Assembly (NCBI GenBank): GCA_034171505.1
Contig: JAXFGC010000027.1
Span: forward strand, 15,745-79,744
Reading direction: 5' to 3'
Length of the DNA stretch: 64,000 bases
DNA from: Candidatus Enteromonas sp.
GTDB taxonomy: Bacteria; Bacillota_I; Bacilli_A; RFN20; CAG-826
Both the position numbers and the translations under genes were made by a program. The notes below the pieces were generated by a model. The model was given only the letters and a program-made list of their open reading frames with translations, made no database searches and was not told where the DNA came from. Shown here in pieces: positions 45,386 to 53,263 of the stretch. Each line of letters begins with the position of its first letter. Position 1 is the first letter of the stretch.

Positions 45386-46200
45386 TCGGCGAAATAGTCC
45401 TTGATTAATCGATAAATCCTCTCTTTTAGGTTTTCTAGGCTTGGGGGAGGATTTTTGCTTTTCTCTTGGTGGATCTGGAATCGTTTGTTCAAGTAATCCG
45501 TAAAGGACGAAAGGTCGCGCGCAATTTCGGATTCTTCGAGAGAACCGGTTTTAATACGGAGAACAAGATTTCTTTCTTCTTCCATGCCTTTAAACGTGAG
45601 GAGGGATTGATAAACCGTAAATGGACTTTGAATATTCGCGCCTCCAGCCTCTTCCAAACCATGGATGAGGTAGTAGATGCGAAAGGCATGGGAAGCGCTT
45701 TTGATGTCGTAGCCGTATTCCTTAACGACGGGAATACGTATCGCGGAAGGCTTATGAATTTCATCGACCTTCTTTCGAAAATAAGAAATAGAGGCACGAA
45801 TCAGGACGTCATAATTTGTGATGAACAAGTCGTTGAAAAGTAGAGAATCTAGAGGAGACGTTACCTTAGCAAATTGACCGTTTGGCTTTCGAACAAAGAG
45901 GCATTTGGAAAAGAAACTCTCTAGGTAAACCGGATTCATTTTGTATAACAATTCTGGAAGCATCCTGGCGTCATGAATCGTGATCTGTCCATGCTCATAA
46001 TCTATTGTCAATGAAATTAGTGATCGAGTGTAGAAATCATCGAAAGATGGAATGCAAAAAGCTTTGAGATCATAATCACTAGATGAAGTTTGAAGACCGT
46101 AATTCTGGGATCCTTGAAGGTACACGAAAAGAAGTTTCCTTTGAATTTTGGCTTCTGCGAACTCAATCGCTTTTCGGATGATTTCCTCGCATATTTCCAT
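45382..46200 (-). CDS. Pol-beta-fold nucleotidyltransferase (COG3541/YcgL-like)
   Basis: ...LLFVYLQGSQNYGLQTSSSDYDLKAF... is the GS-x-YG...SD-x-D nucleotidyltransferase motif. 272 aa with a helical C-terminal half. Confidence 0.7.
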   Translation of the reverse strand: MEICEEIIRKAIEFAEAKIQRKLLFVYLQGSQNYGLQTSSSDYDLKAFCIPSFDDFYTRSLISLTIDYEHGQITIHDARMLPELLYKMNPVYLESFFSKCLFVRKPNGQFAKVTSPLDSLLFNDLFITNYDVLIRASISYFRKKVDEIHKPSAIRIPVVKEYGYDIKSASHAFRIYYLIHGLEEAGGANIQSPFTVYQSLLTFKGMEEERNLVLRIKTGSLEESEIARDLSSFTDYLNKRFQIHQEKSKNPPPSLENLKERIYRLIKDYFAD

Positions 46201-46222
46201 ATTTCGTAAATTGATTTTATTT

Positions 46223-46244
46223 AATTAGTAAAAATATTTTATTA
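46223..46244. promoter_or_regulatory. AT-rich palindromic operator-like site upstream of the nucleotidyltransferase gene
   Basis: aattagtaaaaatattttatta is 20/22 identical to 47440-47461. The core TAAAA-N-TATTTTA is an inverted repeat. Confidence 0.55.
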
Positions 46245-47384
46245 ATTGTTCGTTCCTGCAAGAGCGTCCGTCACAGGAATTAGGACGCATGCTTCGGAAG
46301 AAGAGGTTCGGTATTTGGGCTTTTTGACTTCAGCTTTGGATGGATTGGTTCCTTTAGTCTTCTCCCGCAAGGATTTTTCGAGTTTTGCTAGGTAACGATC
46401 TGGCAAGGAGGCCGCTTCTCCTCCGAGAATGATGATTTCCGGGTGGAACAAGTTGATATACCCCACGGCAGCCGTGGCAATCTTGTCCATCATATCCTTT
46501 AGCGCCCAGTCAATTCGAGAATCATTCTTTTTGGTTTGGAGTTCGCAGAAAGAACGGAAATCAATCTTTAGTTTGGTGATATCTCGTAACTTCTTTTCCA
46601 TTGCCGCGGTGGAGGCGTATGTCTCTAGGCATCCACGGTTTCCGCAGTCGCAAGAAAGTCCGTTGTAATCGATGGAAATGTGACCAAACTCACTGGCTTG
46701 ATTATCGAAACGAAGGATTTTTCCTTGATGGACCATCGTCGCGTAGATGTGTTTGCCGATATGCAAATAAAGAGCTTCTTTTTTACCGGATAATGTCCCG
46801 CTACGAAGTTCAAGCGAACAATCGCAATAACGGCTGTTTTCTACATAGATTGGAAGGGAGTAACGTTTTTTGAGCTCGGCTAATAAAGCAAAGTCTTTGA
46901 TTCCGAAGAGTTCGATGGAATCAACAATTTTGTCTCCCTGGACGGTTCCGTTTACCGAAATAGAAATCCCACATACGGAATCATTGAGGGATTGACGGGC
47001 GATTCGATCGATTTCCTCGATGATTTGGGGAAGAAAGTTCTTTTCTTCGCCTTCAATGCAAAGGATCTCTTTGCTTGAAATGATTTCGCCCAAAAGATTC
47101 ATGAAAAGAACCTTGGCTTTGTGAACATCCAGGAGAACCCCAATAAAACGGGGAGAAGAGGAAGACAAAAGAAGGATTTTAGCTGGCCTTCCACGTGTTT
47201 CGCCTTCCGGAGCGTTTCTTTCTTCGACAAAATGAGCCGTGAGCAAAAAATTAACGATATTGGTGACCGTCATCTTGGATAATCCGAGATCTTTGGCCAT
47301 TTGAACACGGGTGACTCCAGAATGACTCATTAGGTAGTTACGTACTGCCTGAATATTGGTTTCTTTAATCGAGGAACTGTTCAT
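46242..47384 (-). CDS. ROK-family transcriptional regulator (NagC/XylR-like)
   Basis: An N-terminal wHTH (...HSGVTRVQMAKDLGLSKMTVTNIVNFLL...) is followed by a ROK sugar-kinase-like domain with a Cys motif (...GLSCDCGNRGCLETY). Confidence 0.88.
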   Translation of the reverse strand: MNSSSIKETNIQAVRNYLMSHSGVTRVQMAKDLGLSKMTVTNIVNFLLTAHFVEERNAPEGETRGRPAKILLLSSSSPRFIGVLLDVHKAKVLFMNLLGEIISSKEILCIEGEEKNFLPQIIEEIDRIARQSLNDSVCGISISVNGTVQGDKIVDSIELFGIKDFALLAELKKRYSLPIYVENSRYCDCSLELRSGTLSGKKEALYLHIGKHIYATMVHQGKILRFDNQASEFGHISIDYNGLSCDCGNRGCLETYASTAAMEKKLRDITKLKIDFRSFCELQTKKNDSRIDWALKDMMDKIATAAVGYINLFHPEIIILGGEAASLPDRYLAKLEKSLREKTKGTNPSKAEVKKPKYRTSSSEACVLIPVTDALAGTNN

Positions 47385-47439
47385 GAGAATAGTATAGTAA
47401 ATGATTTTTACAAATGGAAATGAATTAAGAATTCTTCAT

Positions 47440-47461
47440 AATTAGTAAAATTATTTTATAA
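47440..47461. promoter_or_regulatory. Second copy of the AT-rich operator-like site, upstream of the ROK gene
   Basis: aattagtaaaattattttataa has a perfect TAAAAT-T-ATTTTA core and lies 56-77 nt upstream of the ROK start. Confidence 0.55.
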
Positions 47462-47751
47462 AATGGAATTAGCAAATCAAAAGAGTGGACAATTTGTAGT
47501 TAGGAAAGACATCAGCAGAAGCTAACTGAGGCGTTTGCTTTCGACCAGTTTGCTCTTTGTTTTCTATATCCCTCATTTGACGCTTATCTTCTTTCGCAAT
47601 GGGTTTGGTAGGAAATATTTTGATACGTTGAAAATCGTCAATGAAAAACTATATTGAACGTCCTTCGAAGAGAAAAGAAGAAATATTCTGCTTTGGAAAC
47701 TCACGCTTGAAAAGTCCATTAGAATTTCCTGTTTATTGTTGATGGAAATTC

Positions 47752-47788
47752 AGGCAAAAGAAAACCGCGACCAGAATGGATCGCGGTT
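47752..47788 (-). terminator. Intrinsic terminator after the MscS gene
   Basis: The minus strand reads aaccgcga-tccattctgg-tcgcggtt followed by ttcttttg. Confidence 0.75.
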
Positions 47789-47798
47789 AAGGAGCGGA

Positions 47799-48995
47799 TT
47801 ACTCGCCGTCGTCTTCGAAGCTTTGCAAAGCGGCTTCGCGAATGCTTTCGCCGACTTTCTTGATGACGCTCTTGGACGCCTTTTGTTTCTTTGGCGCGGT
47901 GGTTCCGCGTAAAGCATCAGTCGCCTTCTTCGAGACTGCCATTTCCGCAGGGCTTGCTTTTGGGCGGGGGTTGGTGTCCGCGGTGTTGACCGTGATTTGA
48001 TTGAATGGAACGTTCACGTTGTTCTCCACAAAGAGGAGGTAGAATTCACGATTCATATCCCGGGTGACTTGGAAACGGTCCGCCTCTTTGCAGTTGGCGA
48101 TGATCAAATAATTGATGCCTGCATCCCCGAAACTGCTGATTCCCTTATAGAAGGGCCCGGCGGTAATCGCGGGAATCTTCTTCCGAATATCGTCGAGGTG
48201 GGTGGCGATGATGGCTTCCACGCGGTGGACGTCTTCTTCGTAAGCGGCGGTCATTTCAACTTTGGCTAACGAATCAATTCGAGCGAGGTTCGCGACCGTG
48301 GAAATCGAGGAATTGGTGATGGATTTGATGTTTCCACCGGCGTCTTCGAGTTTTGTAGTGCGAAGCCCAACGTAGGTGACCGTTCCGCGGAATCCGTCGA
48401 TGATTACCACATCGCCGACGGCGAAGTAGTCGTCAAATACGATGAAGAGTCCACTGACGACGTCCTGGACCAAGGATTGACACCCTAAGCCAACAACGAG
48501 GGTGATGATCCCAACCCCTGCAACAATGCCTGCAACATTGACGCCCCAAGCGGTGAGAATCAATCCGAGGGTGATGATGACGATCGCGTAATGGAGGAGG
48601 GATTTCACCAATGAAGAGATGGTCTTGCCTCTCCGAGAACGGGGACTCACCAAACGTACGATAATATCAAGGAGGATGGAGAAGACAGAGGCGACCGCGA
48701 GGTAAATGAAGGTTAAGAACCAGGCTCCGCTAGAAGAAGTGATCGAGGAGATGAGGAAGTCCCATCCGTTCGCCCCCTCCCCATATATCGCATCTCCGAA
48801 TTCGTTCCCGAAGATTTGGCGTCCGAATAAGTAGAAGAGCATTGCGAGAACCCCAACAGTTAAGAAGGCAATCCTTAGAATCGCGAATACCTTAGAACTG
48901 GTGGTTTTCGCTTTCCACTTTTCTCGGCGGGTGGGTTTATGCGGTGGTTTATTTTGGGGTTCGGTTTCCGGCGTTTCTTTTGGTTTTTCGTTCAT
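47799..48995 (-). CDS. Small-conductance mechanosensitive channel (MscS family)
   Basis: ...LVQDVVSGLFIVFDDYFAVGDVVIIDGFRGTVTYVGLRTTKLEDAGGN... is the MscS pore helix and beta-domain signature. Confidence 0.88.
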   Translation of the reverse strand: MNEKPKETPETEPQNKPPHKPTRREKWKAKTTSSKVFAILRIAFLTVGVLAMLFYLFGRQIFGNEFGDAIYGEGANGWDFLISSITSSSGAWFLTFIYLAVASVFSILLDIIVRLVSPRSRRGKTISSLVKSLLHYAIVIITLGLILTAWGVNVAGIVAGVGIITLVVGLGCQSLVQDVVSGLFIVFDDYFAVGDVVIIDGFRGTVTYVGLRTTKLEDAGGNIKSITNSSISTVANLARIDSLAKVEMTAAYEEDVHRVEAIIATHLDDIRKKIPAITAGPFYKGISSFGDAGINYLIIANCKEADRFQVTRDMNREFYLLFVENNVNVPFNQITVNTADTNPRPKASPAEMAVSKKATDALRGTTAPKKQKASKSVIKKVGESIREAALQSFEDDGE

Positions 48996-49531
48996 GGATC
49001 AATCCTTTCTTGAGTGGTGTAGACAACTCCTTCCGCGAGAATTTCCGAGAAGTTTTCGTTATTCCACAGTTCAAAGTAATAATTCACTTTGACGTTGTAC
49101 CCGAGGTTTTTGACGACTCCTTCGTAATCGGAGGATTTCGTGACATCGAGTTCAAAGGCCTTTTCTTCCTCTTTATCCTTAACTAGATAAAAACGGAGGA
49201 AATTGGAACTTTCGTTGCTCGTGGAAAAGGAATAGGAAAGCGAGTCTTCCGTTTCGACGGCCAAGATTTTGATGTTGTTGACCGATGGGGAGGAACCGAA
49301 TAACGAAGAAAGGGAGGAGGTGCCCATTAAGATCCCGGCGGTCACCGTAAGTGCCCCAAGGGCGATGATGCCACGGGAAACCCCTTTGCCTAGAGAAGCG
49401 TATTTGGTGAGATTTTGGTAGTCGTAAACTTCCGTAGCCTCCACTTCATCAAGGGTTTCGTTGTTATTCGGCGAGGGATCGAAGGTACCGTCGTTCCTCG
49501 CTAAATCGAATACGTTAACTTCGCTGTCCAT
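48992..49531 (-). CDS. Single-pass membrane protein, unknown function
   Basis: RBS aaggggaaagg precedes ATG 49531. One TM helix (GIIALGALTVTAGILMG) is followed by a beta-rich ectodomain. ATGA-type 4-nt overlap with the MscS gene. Confidence 0.6.
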   Translation of the reverse strand: MDSEVNVFDLARNDGTFDPSPNNNETLDEVEATEVYDYQNLTKYASLGKGVSRGIIALGALTVTAGILMGTSSLSSLFGSSPSVNNIKILAVETEDSLSYSFSTSNESSNFLRFYLVKDKEEEKAFELDVTKSSDYEGVVKNLGYNVKVNYYFELWNNENFSEILAEGVVYTTQERIDP

Positions 49532-49625
49532 GTTTGCCTTTCCCCTTAAATATAGCAATGTTATTTGGCTTTTCAATTCACATTGGATGACCGCGTTCGG
49601 GCAATGGTTTAGAATAGGGCTGAAT

Positions 49626-50678
49626 ATGATTTACCCACTCATTTTTGATCTCGATGGAACCCTTTGGGATTCCTCCGTCCAAGTCGCGGAATCCTGGACC
49701 TTAACCGGACGAAGAATCGTCGGTCCCGACTTTGTCGTGACCCCCGAGCAAGTCCGGGCCGAAATGGGCAAAACCATGACGGAAATCGTCGCCGACATCG
49801 TCCCCAATATGGAAGAAGAGGCGAGGAAAGAATTCGCGGAAGTCTTACTTTCGGAGGAAAACGATTACTTGATGGAGCATCCTGGGGTTTTCTTCCCTGA
49901 TTTGTTGCTTTCCCTCAAGATTTTGTCCGAGAAAGGCCATCGCCTGTTCATCGTATCCAATTGCCAATCCGGATACATCGAAACCTTCCTTCACGCTTTA
50001 GGGCCCGATGCCAAATTATTTGAAGGCCATCTTTGTTGGGGGGATACCCATGAAGAGAAGAACATTACCATCCAATTGTTGATGATCCGTCATACCTTGA
50101 GGGATGCGATTTACATCGGGGACACCCATGGGGATGAAATCCAAACCCGAAAAGCGGATCTGCCATTCATCCACGCTGGATACGGATTCGGAAAGGCGGA
50201 ATCCCCCGATGCCTCCATCAATTCCCTTTACGATCTCGACATGGCGATTCTCTCTTTGGAGAAGTATTTCAAGGAGAGGGAAGCGGACAAAGACAAAATG
50301 CGTTCGACGGCATATACCTTGCCTCAGCTTGAAGAACTTCAAACCGAATTCCTCTCCCTTCGGCCGGATTCCAACTACCTTCGTTTTCTTAGGAAAGCCA
50401 AACGAATCGCGAAAGCCAACGGATGCGCGGATAAGGCCTTCTTCGCCATTTTGTCCATCGTGACTGACGCGACCAAGGCCAAAGAGATCCGCAAAACCTG
50501 CATTCCCGGGGTTCAAGCGGGAATCTTCTCCATCTTCCTGCAATCTTGGGTTTTATTCCTCCTCCACACCCATATCGTCAAATACGGGAAGGCTCATCTT
50601 ATCGATGGAGTCTTCGGCACGGACCCCAATGAAACCGAGGACGGAAATCCCACTTCCGGGAACACAAATGCTGCCTAA
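49626..50678 (+). CDS. HAD-superfamily phosphatase with ~130-aa C-terminal extension
   Basis: Motif I FDLDGTLWDS, motif II VSNC, motif IV GDTHGD. The C-terminal part (from about ...KYFKEREADKDK) is unassigned and contains a hydrophobic segment. Confidence 0.8.
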   Translation: MIYPLIFDLDGTLWDSSVQVAESWTLTGRRIVGPDFVVTPEQVRAEMGKTMTEIVADIVPNMEEEARKEFAEVLLSEENDYLMEHPGVFFPDLLLSLKILSEKGHRLFIVSNCQSGYIETFLHALGPDAKLFEGHLCWGDTHEEKNITIQLLMIRHTLRDAIYIGDTHGDEIQTRKADLPFIHAGYGFGKAESPDASINSLYDLDMAILSLEKYFKEREADKDKMRSTAYTLPQLEELQTEFLSLRPDSNYLRFLRKAKRIAKANGCADKAFFAILSIVTDATKAKEIRKTCIPGVQAGIFSIFLQSWVLFLLHTHIVKYGKAHLIDGVFGTDPNETEDGNPTSGNTNAA

Positions 50679-50725
50679 ATCTTCGATTTCCTTGCAAAAG
50701 GAAGGATAGAGACTAGAATCTAGAT

Positions 50726-51025
50726 ATGCCAAATTCCGAACTAGAGACGATTCGTTTTGAGGACGTCGAAGCTGACGTCCAACAAAAGAACGCGGATATT
50801 GCGGAGATTTCCTTACAGGCGGACGAGGCCATGGCCCCGTCTTTGGAAGCCTATCGTACCCACTCCGAAAATGTTCTTTCCGTTGCCGCCGCCAGTGTGG
50901 TGGAAAGCACCAATGCCCTCGCGCTTTGCACTCGAAAAGCCTTCGAAAAGAAAGATGAAGCCTTGACCAACCGCTTGCTTCATCTCTATCGCGTATTCGA
51001 GGGAGGGGAGGCCGAAAATGAATAA
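50726..51025 (+). CDS. 99-aa acidic helical protein, unknown function
   Basis: First gene of a translationally coupled trio. No family recognised. Confidence 0.6.
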   Translation: MPNSELETIRFEDVEADVQQKNADIAEISLQADEAMAPSLEAYRTHSENVLSVAAASVVESTNALALCTRKAFEKKDEALTNRLLHLYRVFEGGEAENE

Positions 51026-51305
51026 GAAAAAGGAAATTCGGATCCTCTCCGAACAAACCGCGACCATCACCCGTCAAAAGGAATTGCTCCAAGAAGAAAA
51101 TGCCAAGAAGCTTAAAATGGTCGCTTCTTCCCTTCGCCAAGATTACCAAAAGACATTGGATGGGGCGAACGCCTTCCTTCAGGCCCTTTCGAATGAACAG
51201 GTGGCCCTCATGGAACAAATGTCGGATGAGATCCATTCGTTCAACACCAAAAGCAAAGAACTCCGAGACATCTTTCAAGATATGTTAGGAGGCGACCTCG
51301 CATGA
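51018..51305 (+). CDS. 95-aa coiled-coil protein, unknown function
   Basis: The start overlaps the upstream stop (ATGAATAA). The heptad-like sequence is rich in Q/E/K/L. Confidence 0.6.
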   Translation: MNKKKEIRILSEQTATITRQKELLQEENAKKLKMVASSLRQDYQKTLDGANAFLQALSNEQVALMEQMSDEIHSFNTKSKELRDIFQDMLGGDLA

Positions 51306-53188
51306 GTAAGACCAAGAAACCAACCAAGGACGCCTTGCTCGCCGAAGCCTCCGCCGCCAAGAAAGCCGCGGTTGACGCCCTCGCCGCCGAAACCAAACGC
51401 TCCGAAGAAATCGACTCCCTTCACATCGATTCCATTTCCTTGCCTCGGGCGGACGCGGTTTTGTCCTACCTCCCAAGCGCGGTGGAAACCTTAAAGAAAG
51501 AGGAAGAAAAAATCGACGGACTCATCGAAAAAGCCAAAATGGTCGAAGGATCGTTGAAGGCGTTTGAAGAAGTGGAACGCCAATGCGAGTTCATCCTTTA
51601 TGAAACCCGACTCCTTGTGGAAGCGGGACATTACGAAGAAGCTTCGACGACGATTTCCGAACTCTCGGAATATTGGAACCTCGATTATGGGGTCGAACTC
51701 AAATTTGAGGGACTCCTTCACGAGATTCACGATTGGACGATGGCCAAAATCCGTCTCCTCGATGAGCAACATCGTTTGTTTGCCCATCAAGAATCGCTTC
51801 CAAAAGACGCGTTGTTCGCTTTGAAAGAGGACGCCAAAAAGCTTCCGACCCAATACCACACGGAGAAAGACAAACTCTCCTATATTGACCAAGCTTTCTA
51901 TGTCTTGGGCCTTTATTATCAAACCTTGGGAGAAATCTCTTCCCCCGAAGAACTCTCCGAACGTTTCGTGGAGATCAATGATTTCACTTCCTGTGTTTCC
52001 CCGACTCCTGCCACCAAAGAGGTCTATGAGGAATTGAGAAAAGACGCGATTGATGCCTATGTTCGTTTGTCTTTCCTCTATGGCCAAAAGAATGCCAAAT
52101 ACGAAGATGCTTTAACCTTATTCCGGATTCGCTCCAACATCCCCGAAGGAACGGAGATGAATCCTTTGTTCCTCGGCCCCAAAGACGAAAAGGAATTCCG
52201 TCTTGCCTTCTTGCGCAACGTCTGTCGTTTCCAGGAGGATGAGGAATTCGCCCAATACGCCCTTACGCTTCGTTCTTCCCTTGAATTCGATAATCCCGAA
52301 TCCTCCGCGCTTGTCGCTTTGCTTTTTGCCGATGCCTCGATGAGTGAGAAGAAGCAAACGACCCTCCATGAACTCTTTAAGGCTCTGACTTTTGAACGGA
52401 AGATCGACGTGTTCTCCAATGTCTTGCTCGAGGAAGTCCCTGAGCCGGTTGTCCAATCGCTTTTCCTCGCCCTCCGCGATTCGAAGAAGAAAGCCCTCGA
52501 CCTCGAGAAGAAAGCGGATGCCTTATTAACCATCCGCGATCATCTCCCGAAGTCCCTTCGCAAGGACTACAAACGTTTGATTGCCGCTTTGCTCCGTTCC
52601 CCTTTGGCGAAGAAAACGATCACCAAGAGCGCCAATCCCGCCCTCCACGCTTTGGCGGGCCACAAAGAGAATTTCAAGATGCCCGTTGGCAAAAAGGCGA
52701 GGGACACCTATGTGAATTCGTGGGGAAAAGCCAAAAACGGTGCCTTCGTTTTCTTCCTCATCATCCTTCCGATTTTGCTTCTTGCGGCGAATGTCTATTA
52801 CCTTGTGGTCTACCAACAAACTTCGCCCTTCTATCCATTTTATTCGCTCGTCCCCATCGCCCTCCTTGCGATGCTTGTAATCGTCATCACCTATGGGTAT
52901 GCGGGGCGCGATGAACGTCCAAGCGCGGTCGTCCGTCGCCTCTTCTCCGTGGTAGGCATTCTCGCCGCGGTGGCCAGCGCCCTTTATTACTTGTTGCCGG
53001 CTTACACCTCATTCCTAGCCCCTTATGAATACACTCTCATTATTTCGGGCGCCTTCTTCTTGCTTGCGGGACATGTGATGCTTAAGGATTTCCACAAGAG
53101 GTGGAACTTCATCTTGAACCTCCCCCTTGCCCTTATCGAACTATTGGACGTTGTCCTCTTATTGCTTCGTTTAATGAACCGATTGTAA
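51302..53188 (+). CDS. 628-aa protein with a ~470-aa helical soluble region and a C-terminal ~5-TM bundle, unknown function
   Basis: ATGA overlap with the upstream gene. TM helices include AFVFFLIILPILLLAANVYYLVVY and SLVPIALLAMLVIVITYGYAG. No family recognised. Confidence 0.7.
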   Translation: MSKTKKPTKDALLAEASAAKKAAVDALAAETKRSEEIDSLHIDSISLPRADAVLSYLPSAVETLKKEEEKIDGLIEKAKMVEGSLKAFEEVERQCEFILYETRLLVEAGHYEEASTTISELSEYWNLDYGVELKFEGLLHEIHDWTMAKIRLLDEQHRLFAHQESLPKDALFALKEDAKKLPTQYHTEKDKLSYIDQAFYVLGLYYQTLGEISSPEELSERFVEINDFTSCVSPTPATKEVYEELRKDAIDAYVRLSFLYGQKNAKYEDALTLFRIRSNIPEGTEMNPLFLGPKDEKEFRLAFLRNVCRFQEDEEFAQYALTLRSSLEFDNPESSALVALLFADASMSEKKQTTLHELFKALTFERKIDVFSNVLLEEVPEPVVQSLFLALRDSKKKALDLEKKADALLTIRDHLPKSLRKDYKRLIAALLRSPLAKKTITKSANPALHALAGHKENFKMPVGKKARDTYVNSWGKAKNGAFVFFLIILPILLLAANVYYLVVYQQTSPFYPFYSLVPIALLAMLVIVITYGYAGRDERPSAVVRRLFSVVGILAAVASALYYLLPAYTSFLAPYEYTLIISGAFFLLAGHVMLKDFHKRWNFILNLPLALIELLDVVLLLLRLMNRL

Positions 53189-53263
53189 AGAAAAATACAA
53201 TTTTCTTTCGCGATTTACTTTGCACTTTCCGCGCGTGCGTGTACCATAAACTAAACCCTAGGA

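Noticed and set aside
43624-46200. HEPN-like ORF plus the Pol-beta nucleotidyltransferase as a HEPN/MNT toxin-antitoxin pair
   Set aside because: The two genes are separated by the M18 aminopeptidase gene and lie on opposite strands. The nucleotidyltransferase is 272 aa of the COG3541 type, not a ~100-130-aa MNT antitoxin.
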